Shown here: positions 14,547 to 23,267 of the stretch, piece by piece
Position numbering within the stretch: position 1 is the first letter of the stretch
Layout of the letters: every line of letters starts with the position of its first letter
Source: a virus
DNA: 40,095 nucleotides
Reading direction: 5' to 3' (one strand)
IMG/VR virus record: IMGVR_UViG_3300038701_001365
Coordinates: 1-40,095 of that record
Position numbers and translations under genes: made by a program
Notes under the pieces: generated by a model
What the model was told of the DNA's origin: nothing
Databases searched by the model: none
The model's input: the letters and a program-made list of their open reading frames with translations, nothing else

Positions 14547-15104
14547 ATGCGTACCGGTGTTATATATTGTATTACTAACCAGATAAATGGTAAGAAGTAC
14601 GTAGGTCAGACAATAGTTCCTCTAAGAAAGAGAATGTCTAGACATAAATACGCTGAATCAGCTATAGGCAACGCCATACGAAAATATGGTTTCGATAACT
14701 TTAAAGTAGAGGTTCTACACGAAGCTAGACAAGAGGTATTAGGAGATATAGAAAAGGAGTGTATATTGAATCACGACTCTATGTACCCTAACGGATACAA
14801 CCTAACCTTAGACTGCTCAAACTACAGGACATTCTGCGACCACTCCCTAAAAAAGAAGGGTAAACACACATTAGGTAAAAAACAAAGTAAAGAATTGATA
14901 GAAAAGAGAATGAGTAAAATAAGAAAACCCGTTACTTGCATAGAAGATCAGATAACCTTTCTAAGCATGAACTACGCTGCTGAGCACTACGGAATAGTGT
15001 CAGTAAAGAGTATTAGAAGGCAGATTAAAGGTATACGTAAGAGTAAGATTAAGGGTAAAACGTTTGTAAAAGCAGGAGGTGCGTCATCGCATTCATACCA
15101 ATAG
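14547..15104 (+). CDS. GIY-YIG homing endonuclease (freestanding)
   Basis: N-terminus GVIYCITNQINGKKYVGQT...RHKY. Basic C-terminal DNA-binding-like region. Inserted between the capsid and tail genes. Confidence 0.8.
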   Translation: MRTGVIYCITNQINGKKYVGQTIVPLRKRMSRHKYAESAIGNAIRKYGFDNFKVEVLHEARQEVLGDIEKECILNHDSMYPNGYNLTLDCSNYRTFCDHSLKKKGKHTLGKKQSKELIEKRMSKIRKPVTCIEDQITFLSMNYAAEHYGIVSVKSIRRQIKGIRKSKIKGKTFVKAGGASSHSYQ

Positions 15105-16057
15105 GAGATCCGACAGGCAATGTACTAGCCTTTGAGATCCCTTCAAAAAGAGATCGGGATTGGGCTGATGAGTTTAGAACAAAGTTCTTTACCGTCGTTA
15201 GTAATCATGACCATTCAGGTAACGGTCAAGGAAAGAAGATAGGCCCAGGCTCATTAGAAGATAACGCTGTAGGAGGCGTTAAATTTAGATTAGAAAACAA
15301 TACCTACGCTAGAGGTAGAAATGCCGCTAACGATGGTGATATTAATATTATAAAAGTAAACGCTAGCGACCTAATAGAATTGGGAGCTAGCTTAAATTCA
15401 CTTGTTATACAAACAGTAAGCGCAGATCCGGTATCTCCAGTAGAAGGTCAAATACAGATTAGTGACGGTACAGCAAGATCAGCGGGATTATATACTTATG
15501 ACGGTTCTGGCTGGATAGCGGCACCTAACTCACTGACAGCGTCTAATTTAGGGGCAGGGGAAGGTGTATTTGCACAAAAAGTAGGGGACGAAGTACAGCT
15601 AAAAAGTTTGGTAGCAGGGGCTAACATAAACCTATTATCTGATAGCAACGAACTTACTATACAAGTAAACTCAAACAGGAGCACTACCAAGACAATGCAA
15701 GAAATGGTTCCTGGAAACCCAAGCACTATTTCTTATGGGGCTGTCACAGAAACTCTAGTTACAAACGCATTCACTGGTCTAACTATAGGTAGAGAGTACC
15801 AAATAAACATAAATGTATTAACCCAATATGCGGATACGCATTATAGACTGTATACTGGGTCAGGAGACGTAGTCACTACAGGGACGGGGAGCGGTGCAGG
15901 AGGTACGTCTACAGAGGCCACTTTTACGGCTGACGCTACAGCACTAACCTTTCAGGTTAGGTATTTTGGAGGTATTGGTGTAAATGTTGATACCACTCAA
16001 ATAACAGTAAAACTTTTAGAATTTAAAATAGAAGAAGAGATCGAAGGAGATTTTTAA
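15086..16057 (+). CDS. Virion fibre or structural protein. The ORF is open 98 codons upstream of its first canonical start (candidate AUC start)
   Basis: Stop-free frame from 15086, with no ATG/GTG/TTG until TTG 15380, which lacks an SD. AGGAGG (15074-15079) lies 6 nt before ATC 15086. Confidence 0.5.
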   Translation: MAFIPIGDPTGNVLAFEIPSKRDRDWADEFRTKFFTVVSNHDHSGNGQGKKIGPGSLEDNAVGGVKFRLENNTYARGRNAANDGDINIIKVNASDLIELGASLNSLVIQTVSADPVSPVEGQIQISDGTARSAGLYTYDGSGWIAAPNSLTASNLGAGEGVFAQKVGDEVQLKSLVAGANINLLSDSNELTIQVNSNRSTTKTMQEMVPGNPSTISYGAVTETLVTNAFTGLTIGREYQININVLTQYADTHYRLYTGSGDVVTTGTGSGAGGTSTEATFTADATALTFQVRYFGGIGVNVDTTQITVKLLEFKIEEEIEGDF

Positions 16058-16058
16058 T

Positions 16059-16352
16059 ATGGGATTAGAATTAACGAACCCAGGCTTTTTGGAAATGGGT
16101 GCAGACCTCGGTAAAAGCGCTAAAGACACTGTAGCTAAAGAAAGTTCTTTCTTAACAGACCCTATCGTAGGCGGAGTGGCCATGGGACTTAAGGCGGCAC
16201 TAGATGTGACTAGTGCTCGAAAACAAAGGGAGAGACAGGCTGAGGCAATGTATCATAACAAAAAGGCGCAAATAGAGTCACAAAATTCAGCCAATAAGTC
16301 TCAAATATTAAACGCTTTGGGTTCAAACCTAGCTGCAACACTGAGAAGGTAA
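16059..16352 (+). CDS. Small virion-module protein
   Basis: ORF track. Tightly packed in the structural operon. Confidence 0.5.
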   Translation: MGLELTNPGFLEMGADLGKSAKDTVAKESSFLTDPIVGGVAMGLKAALDVTSARKQRERQAEAMYHNKKAQIESQNSANKSQILNALGSNLAATLRR

Positions 16353-16356
16353 TTTA

Positions 16357-17301
16357 ATGTCTTGTAAAAAAGTTCAATATTTAATAGAAGATGTGCGTGA
16401 GGAAGTAGAGGATCAGGATGTGTCAACCTCCATTGGCATGCCTGACTCCTCTTACCTCCTCCATTTAAACGACGGCTTATCTCGTATACACGCACTTATA
16501 GTGAACGCTCACCCTAAACTTTTTACAGAAGAAGTTATAGTTGATGTAGATAGTTCTGATATAGTATTAGATATACCTGTAGACGCGTTTATGGGCAATA
16601 AGATACTAGACGTAAAGTATTCTACGGACGGTAATACATGGGGTAATGTACCTCTTCTTGACAGAACTCAAGATAGAGATAAGCACCCTTCTGCGGCACT
16701 TAGGGGTTACTATAGGGAATCCGGTAAGATTAAATTAATAGGAAGACCTCAAGCTTCATCTAAGATTAAATACGTTTACGTAAAAAAGCTACCTAAACTA
16801 GGCTTCAAGGCCGCTTCTGTAGGTCTTATATCTTTAGACGAGGCTAATAGAACTATAACAAACCTAACGCTTAACACTACTACGGATATATTAAACAATA
16901 CCATTTTAGACAGGAACACTAGGTTAACTATAGTTGATTTTGAGGGTAATGTTAAAATGCAAAATATACCTTATTCTAGTTATGACACATCTAGTGGCGT
17001 AGTAACGGTTGTACCAGGATTTACCTTTAAAGAAGGCGAGGCACCGGCAGTAGGGGACTTAGTTTTAGGGGGTTCATACACTTCTGATACGCCTTTAATA
17101 GACGACTACGTAGAGAAGTATTTAATATCTTATGCCACTATGAAAATGCTACAAAGAGACGGTTCAATGGAAGTGTCTACTCAAACTAGTGTATTGATGG
17201 CTATGGAAAAAGAGATAGTAGATTCATACTCTTCTGTATCCGACGATATTAAATTTATCCCTAACATTAATCAATCTTTAGATTGGACTGACGAGTACTA
17301 A
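16357..17301 (+). CDS. Tail tubular A / adaptor-position structural protein
   Basis: The call rests on position only, immediately upstream of the 820-aa protein. Confidence 0.45.
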   Translation: MSCKKVQYLIEDVREEVEDQDVSTSIGMPDSSYLLHLNDGLSRIHALIVNAHPKLFTEEVIVDVDSSDIVLDIPVDAFMGNKILDVKYSTDGNTWGNVPLLDRTQDRDKHPSAALRGYYRESGKIKLIGRPQASSKIKYVYVKKLPKLGFKAASVGLISLDEANRTITNLTLNTTTDILNNTILDRNTRLTIVDFEGNVKMQNIPYSSYDTSSGVVTVVPGFTFKEGEAPAVGDLVLGGSYTSDTPLIDDYVEKYLISYATMKMLQRDGSMEVSTQTSVLMAMEKEIVDSYSSVSDDIKFIPNINQSLDWTDEY

Positions 17302-19763
17302 TGTCCAAAGCACTTAAAAAATTCTTTAATAATCTAGGCGGACTTAACTTAAGATCCCCGGAACTCTTAAAAGGCGATACATATGCCACTGACCTAAGAA
17401 ACGTAGAGTTTAGCGAGAACTTTTCTATAACCAAACGGAAAGGGTATCAAACTTTACTAGAGGGTGTAGGTAAGTGCGGCTCCACTACATATAATGATAC
17501 GGATATATCTACGGGTACACAAGTGGCCAGAAGACTTGTTATAGACGAAACACTTAGGACTGTAGATGAAGAAAATGTAACTATAATATATACAGGGTCA
17601 GCCAGTGCTGAATATGCAGTACAATTAAGTCCTGTCGATAATAATTTCTACTTATATCTGTTTGAAGACGGAGGGGTTTCCCAGGAAATTAACCTCGGTA
17701 CAGGCAAAGAGTCCAGTCCCGTCACTATATCGGATATGTTAGCAGCTATTACAGGGGATTTTTCAGGGGTAGCTACCGCAGCAGAAACGTCTCCGGCAGC
17801 GTTTATTAAAACTTCTAGGAGAAAAGCGGCAGGCTTGTCTACCACTACAGTTAAAGGCACCTCTTCACCCGGCTCATTTCTTGTATTCACGGACGGGTTA
17901 GTACCCTTAGATACACCCAAAAAAGGTACTATAATAATAGACGGTGACGAGTATATGTATCAGAACTGGGAAAATTTCGCTAGTATAGATCAAAGTAGAT
18001 TTACACTAACGACTGCTACTACCAGTTTATATCTAAACGGTACCGAAGTGTCCCACACTACTGCGTCAGCTTTAATCTATAAACTAGCTAATGTAGTAAC
18101 CAGTCCTGCGGGCGTAGACCCTTTTCAAGATTTATTAGATAATATAGACGAAGAAGATTTTCAGCCAGCTAGTACTGTACAAGCGCATAACTGCGTTTAT
18201 ATAACTAGTGCTGAAGCAGGTTTATGGAAATACGACGGGACTAAACTAATTAAAGCAGGTCTACCTGAACCAGTCATAACTTCTACTGACGAAGACACAG
18301 GGGCTACAGATAAATGGGTATACATAGCTGAATTCGAGTATACAGACGCTAAAGGTAATTTTATTACATCTGTTAGGTCCAATGAACTTACAATTGATTC
18401 TACTGACACTACTATTAGTATAGATGTGTCTGCCGTAGAAGAAGCTGATGGGTACGACGTGTCTGACACTAATTTTAAGGTTAATTTATATAGAACTGCT
18501 AATAATGGTACTACCTTCTATTTATTAAATACCAAGAATCCTGTAGACAACGTAGACACTAACTTTGACCAGGCTGACACACCCGCTACTACTTTGCCCG
18601 ATGCAGACATAATATTAAATGCAGCATATGTATCACCTTTTAGAGATGCTACACCTCCCCCTAACTGTAGGTACATAGATATCTGGAGGAATCAGATAGC
18701 TCTAACAGGTAATCCCGAAGCAGTACAGACTGTATATCTAGCTAACGTAGAGGACCTAGAAGGTTTTGACCAAAGAAATTCTTTTGACACTTCTTCTAGA
18801 CTAGGTGGATCTAATTCTGGTCTAAAATCCCAAGATAACTTTTTATACGTATTTAGACCTCACTCCGTTAGTGTAGCTTCAGGCTATCCCGATGATCTAA
18901 CTTTAGTTGTAGACACACTATCAGACGAAGGTATAGGAGCTTTATCACACTCCTCTCTAGTAGAGGCAAATGGTAGAATATTCTTCACATCGCGTAGAGG
19001 TATATATAGCGTATCTGGCAATAGTGTGGAATATATGTCTGATATTATACAACCTATCTTTAATAACATAAATTTTAATGAAATTAGGTGCCAATCTTTC
19101 CACTCCCTATACGAGAACAAACTATTATTCCTTTTACCAGTGTATAATACTATGGGCGTAGACAAGAGTGAAAACTATATATTAGTATATGACTTAATAA
19201 GTAACTCATGGGCTATATGGAATAATATGGATTATACGTCCGGTATGAATCTAGCTCAAAGGGAGACTTGGTTTATGTCAAACGAAGAGGGGGAGTATTT
19301 TTATAATGAAAGACTAAATACTGATACCTTACTAGACTATGCTGATCATGAAGCAGGTGTTAGTGCTTACTATAAATCACATTGGGAGTCTCTAGGAGAG
19401 CCTTCTATACCTAAGAAATTTACTAAGTTAAAAGTTTTCGCACTAGATACTGATTTTAGGAATTTTGGGGCGACTGACTTTACTCTAAGTGTAGAGACCA
19501 ATAACAACTTTGAATTAGACACGGCGGTAACTTTCGACATGGTGTTTGGTAATGAGGGGGACGGTTGGGGAGCCAGTTCTTGGGGAGAAGCCCCTTGGGG
19601 GGACACCGCTTTATTAACACAGACCTCTAGGCTACAGGCCACTAGATTAGTGTCTATAAGAATTGTACTTAGAAATACTACTACACACGAAAATATATTA
19701 GTATCGGGATTTGAATTAGAATATACCGCACCTTATGTAGCTAGACTTAGAGGTACTAGATGA
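17301..19763 (+). CDS. Tail tubular B / nozzle-position structural protein
   Basis: 820 aa, a size and position comparable to T7 gp12-type proteins. No motif check was possible. Confidence 0.5.
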   Translation: MSKALKKFFNNLGGLNLRSPELLKGDTYATDLRNVEFSENFSITKRKGYQTLLEGVGKCGSTTYNDTDISTGTQVARRLVIDETLRTVDEENVTIIYTGSASAEYAVQLSPVDNNFYLYLFEDGGVSQEINLGTGKESSPVTISDMLAAITGDFSGVATAAETSPAAFIKTSRRKAAGLSTTTVKGTSSPGSFLVFTDGLVPLDTPKKGTIIIDGDEYMYQNWENFASIDQSRFTLTTATTSLYLNGTEVSHTTASALIYKLANVVTSPAGVDPFQDLLDNIDEEDFQPASTVQAHNCVYITSAEAGLWKYDGTKLIKAGLPEPVITSTDEDTGATDKWVYIAEFEYTDAKGNFITSVRSNELTIDSTDTTISIDVSAVEEADGYDVSDTNFKVNLYRTANNGTTFYLLNTKNPVDNVDTNFDQADTPATTLPDADIILNAAYVSPFRDATPPPNCRYIDIWRNQIALTGNPEAVQTVYLANVEDLEGFDQRNSFDTSSRLGGSNSGLKSQDNFLYVFRPHSVSVASGYPDDLTLVVDTLSDEGIGALSHSSLVEANGRIFFTSRRGIYSVSGNSVEYMSDIIQPIFNNINFNEIRCQSFHSLYENKLLFLLPVYNTMGVDKSENYILVYDLISNSWAIWNNMDYTSGMNLAQRETWFMSNEEGEYFYNERLNTDTLLDYADHEAGVSAYYKSHWESLGEPSIPKKFTKLKVFALDTDFRNFGATDFTLSVETNNNFELDTAVTFDMVFGNEGDGWGASSWGEAPWGDTALLTQTSRLQATRLVSIRIVLRNTTTHENILVSGFELEYTAPYVARLRGTR

Positions 19764-20860
19764 AATTAGGTCTAGAGCGTATAAAAACTTTGGCAGAACT
19801 AGTACAACGTTTGACCGTTATACTAGGGCAGATTGTTAGTCGAATCACCTCTATTGAGGAGAATGGCGTGTCTGGAGGTGCGGTAGAACCTGCTAATTTA
19901 GACGATAAGATACCTGTAGGCTCTATACAACCTTTCGCAGGTAATACTGCTAGCGTACCTAATAAGTGGTTATTATGTGACGGAGGCGCTATATCCAGAT
20001 CAACTTATCCACAACTATTTTCCATAATAGGTACTACTTATGGTACAGGAGATGGTTCTACAACTTTTAACTTACCCGATTTAAGGGGTGAGTTTATTAG
20101 GGGTCTAGACGATGGTAGAGGGGTTGACTCGGGCCGTACATTAGGTAGTAGTCAAAGTGACGAATTAGGGTCACACAATCATGATTTTTATGTAGGGAAC
20201 ACTGGCGCAGCATTTGGCCATTTAGATGACTATAATCAATTTGCAACCGCCGACCCAGCGGGAAGTAGGTTTTTAAAAGACGCTACCTCGGGTAGTCCCG
20301 ACATGTTGCAATCTACGGGTGGTTCAGAAACCAGACCTAGGAACGTAGCTATGAATTACATTATTAGAGTAGATGTAGATACAAGGCCCGCACCGGTAGC
20401 ATATGAAATACCTGATGGCTCTATAACTACAGCTAAATTGGCGGATGACGCCGTGACAAGTGCTAAACTAGCAGATGATATAGATTTTGTAAACATGCCC
20501 AGTGTTTCCGGTACATCTATAATTGAAAGTGGCTCAAATTCCGATGGGAGGTGGACAAAGTTCTCTGATGGCACTATGATTTGCTATGGAGAGAAGTCCG
20601 TGACTTCTGCTATAAATGTAGCTAGAGGTTCTTTATACATCCGATATACTTCAAGTATTACATTCCCAGAAACTTTTGACTCTGCGCCTTCGATATCCGT
20701 AGAGCATTTAAGTAACTCGGGTACTATTGATGATAGGGAGTTTTGGGCTACCTGTGGGGTCCCTAGTACTACAGAAGTCTCTCTTTGTCTATGGTCCCCT
20801 ATCTCGGTGGCCTCCGCCACACACGTAATAGGGTTCACGGCAGTAGGGCGGTGGGCATGA
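19760..20860 (+). CDS. Tail fibre with phage tail-collar domain
   Basis: PVGSIQPFAG...WLLCDGGAISRSTYPQLFSIIGTTYGTGDGSTTFNLPDLRGEFIRG is the classic tail-collar signature. Also contains TTAKLADDAVTSAKLADD repeats. Confidence 0.75.
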   Translation: MKLGLERIKTLAELVQRLTVILGQIVSRITSIEENGVSGGAVEPANLDDKIPVGSIQPFAGNTASVPNKWLLCDGGAISRSTYPQLFSIIGTTYGTGDGSTTFNLPDLRGEFIRGLDDGRGVDSGRTLGSSQSDELGSHNHDFYVGNTGAAFGHLDDYNQFATADPAGSRFLKDATSGSPDMLQSTGGSETRPRNVAMNYIIRVDVDTRPAPVAYEIPDGSITTAKLADDAVTSAKLADDIDFVNMPSVSGTSIIESGSNSDGRWTKFSDGTMICYGEKSVTSAINVARGSLYIRYTSSITFPETFDSAPSISVEHLSNSGTIDDREFWATCGVPSTTEVSLCLWSPISVASATHVIGFTAVGRWA

Positions 20861-20867
20861 TAAAAGC

Positions 20868-20896
20868 TTGATATTAAAGGGTAAATAAAGTATACT
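20868..20896 (+). promoter_or_regulatory. sigma70 promoter (TTGATA-N17-TATACT)
   Basis: Lies in the 88-bp gap before ORF 20949. Confidence 0.45.
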
Positions 20897-20948
20897 GGGA
20901 ACTAATACCTCCCATAAGAATTAATGATAAGGATAAGGAGAATTTATA

Positions 20949-21662
20949 ATGATTGTAACAGCAGCAGAAATAGAACGAGCTAAACAAAAAAAAGAAGAGG
21001 GAAACGCTCTTAAAAAAGAGGCTCAAAGACAAGCTGACCTAACAGGTGAGCCCGTTACTATTAAAGATGGCCGTATCGTAAAAAATGACAAAATGATACA
21101 AAGGGAAGCCAATAAAAATATTGCTAACGATATGACCAAAGGTAAGGAATTCGCTAATGAATTACTAGGGGAAGATTTTGCACTATCTAGATTAGGGGAC
21201 CAGTCTGAGGTACAGGGCCTTAGAGAAGGTCTTAATGCTAACGCTAACATGAGTGAGGCAGAGAGAATAGCTAGACAAGAGTCTGCTTATAACACACTTA
21301 ACTCTTCTGAAGGCACCCAAAATAGACAACTACTTAAACAGCTAAGCGCAGCAGGTGTAAGGGGAGGCGCCGCAGGCGGAGCTATATCTGACTTAGCGTC
21401 TACTCAAGCTAGTGGCAGAAGACAAATGGCCCAAAACCTTTATCTACAAGAACAAGAAATGGGTAGACAAGGTTTAAGAGACCTAGCCCAATTCGAACTA
21501 GGTGTACAAAAGTTTGATATAGGTCAGGAACAGGCGGAGATATCTACTAGATTAAATACTCAGTTAGCAGGGACATCCCTATACAGCCAAGAAAGAAGTT
21601 CTATTAGACAAGATGAAGCTGCATTGGCAGCGGCAGAAGCCGCAGGCGGCGGTAAAAAGTAA
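20949..21662 (+). CDS. Internal-virion-type protein (Q/A/G-rich)
   Basis: Composition and position after the tail fibre. Confidence 0.45.
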   Translation: MIVTAAEIERAKQKKEEGNALKKEAQRQADLTGEPVTIKDGRIVKNDKMIQREANKNIANDMTKGKEFANELLGEDFALSRLGDQSEVQGLREGLNANANMSEAERIARQESAYNTLNSSEGTQNRQLLKQLSAAGVRGGAAGGAISDLASTQASGRRQMAQNLYLQEQEMGRQGLRDLAQFELGVQKFDIGQEQAEISTRLNTQLAGTSLYSQERSSIRQDEAALAAAEAAGGGKK

Positions 21663-22006
21663 TGAGACTATACGCTAAATGTCAGAAAGAGCTGTACGGT
21701 AATATAGTTACCACATACGATCACGGCTTTATATGCCATAAACCTGTCACTAAGGACGGGGGCATTTACGTGCAGTTATGTTATGTAGACGAGCCTTATC
21801 GAAAAGAAGGGTTAGCTAAAAAAATGCTTATAGACACTTGTGATAAGTACGAAGCTACTTATGTAACAGGCTTCATAGATTTAAGAACAGATAATTACAA
21901 ACAGACATTAATGGTACACCTTAATGCAGGGTACGACATAATAGATGCAAACAGGGACTCACTTATTGTATCTATTACTAAAGAGAGGTTAATAAATGGC
22001 AGATAA
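21662..22006 (+). CDS. Small GNAT-like acetyltransferase (putative)
   Basis: YVDEPYRKEGLAKKML resembles GNAT motif A (R/Q-x-x-G-x-A). Confidence 0.35.
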   Translation: MRLYAKCQKELYGNIVTTYDHGFICHKPVTKDGGIYVQLCYVDEPYRKEGLAKKMLIDTCDKYEATYVTGFIDLRTDNYKQTLMVHLNAGYDIIDANRDSLIVSITKERLINGR

Positions 22007-23267
22007 TTCATATATAGATAGAATAGCTAGTATCTTTGAACCAGAAGGCAAAGCTGTAGTGGACACGTCTAAGATAGCAAAAAATCCTGACAAAGGGTTA
22101 ACAAACGACGAGTTTCTTCAAATGGAAGCAGAGAGTCTAGAAGCTCCTGCACCTTCCTTAGATATGGAAGAACTAGGGTATTCATCTACGATAAATTCTA
22201 AATTACCTAGACAGGCGCCTACACCTAAAGAACAGGTCGAAGACGTAGTGGAGACCGCCAATGTGGCCACTAATATGGTTAGAACTAAGGCCGCGGAATC
22301 TACTAAAGATAGTAACCCAGGCTCTTTGCAATCTAAATTAGCGGCTTCCCTAAGCTTTTTTGCGCCTGATCTGATAGGGGGTTTAGTAGGAGGCCTGCTA
22401 GCAGGTACTGAAGGCGCTGCGGCAGGTATGGCAGGCGGAGGTGATCTTAGACAGCAGCAAGTCCAAAATGACTTAAACTTAGCTCAACTTGATTTACAGA
22501 GAAGTCAAATGAACAGGTTACAAAAATCAGAAGATGTTATAGATACTAGGACCAATTCATTAGTATCTTTTAATCCTATGACAGGGCAGTACGTAAACCA
22601 AGAAGGTGACACAGTTCCTACTGAATTTCAAAAGAATATTAGAGTAGAAAGAGAAGAAAGGCTTAGCAGACAAGGGGACGATAGAATAGGAGTCAGTCGA
22701 GTGAACTCAAAGCTAAGAGAACTAGGGCTTTATGATAAGTTCGACGAAGACTCCACTAAAAAGAAAGTAGAAATGCTGAAAGCAGTAGAAGGAAACAAAG
22801 TGTATCAACAAGCGGAGCAAGCTCTGGCTGAAGGTAGGACAGTCACAGCGTTAGTAGACGACGCGTTTAAAGAAGGTGGACAATCCCTAGCCGCCTTGGG
22901 TACTAGGCTCGCTAAATATATGGGAGAGGTAGGGGTTTTAACTGAGGAAGATGTTACAAGATACGTTAAAAACCCTTCTATAGTAGGGGGAATAGTAGAT
23001 ACTTTCCAAAAAGCTAAATCAGGTAATATTTCAGGGGCTTCTAGAGAAAACATATTGAGGATGTTAGATGTTATCGGAAAAGAGCAGGCTAATAAACAAG
23101 AGGCTATAATTAATAAAGTTACTTCTAGACGCGCTAAAACCACGAGAGACTTTGACGAGAAAACAGCTAGAGATATAGTAGGGCAAGATGACCTAACTAG
23201 GCAAGACCCTACGGAAGCTAAGAGAAGGCGATTAGAGGAATTAAGAAGAAAGGCTAGGGGGCAATAG
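21996..23267 (+). CDS. Internal-virion-type protein
   Basis: Position. Gly/Ala-rich hydrophobic segment plus coiled-coil regions. Confidence 0.45.
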   Translation: MADNSYIDRIASIFEPEGKAVVDTSKIAKNPDKGLTNDEFLQMEAESLEAPAPSLDMEELGYSSTINSKLPRQAPTPKEQVEDVVETANVATNMVRTKAAESTKDSNPGSLQSKLAASLSFFAPDLIGGLVGGLLAGTEGAAAGMAGGGDLRQQQVQNDLNLAQLDLQRSQMNRLQKSEDVIDTRTNSLVSFNPMTGQYVNQEGDTVPTEFQKNIRVEREERLSRQGDDRIGVSRVNSKLRELGLYDKFDEDSTKKKVEMLKAVEGNKVYQQAEQALAEGRTVTALVDDAFKEGGQSLAALGTRLAKYMGEVGVLTEEDVTRYVKNPSIVGGIVDTFQKAKSGNISGASRENILRMLDVIGKEQANKQEAIINKVTSRRAKTTRDFDEKTARDIVGQDDLTRQDPTEAKRRRLEELRRKARGQ

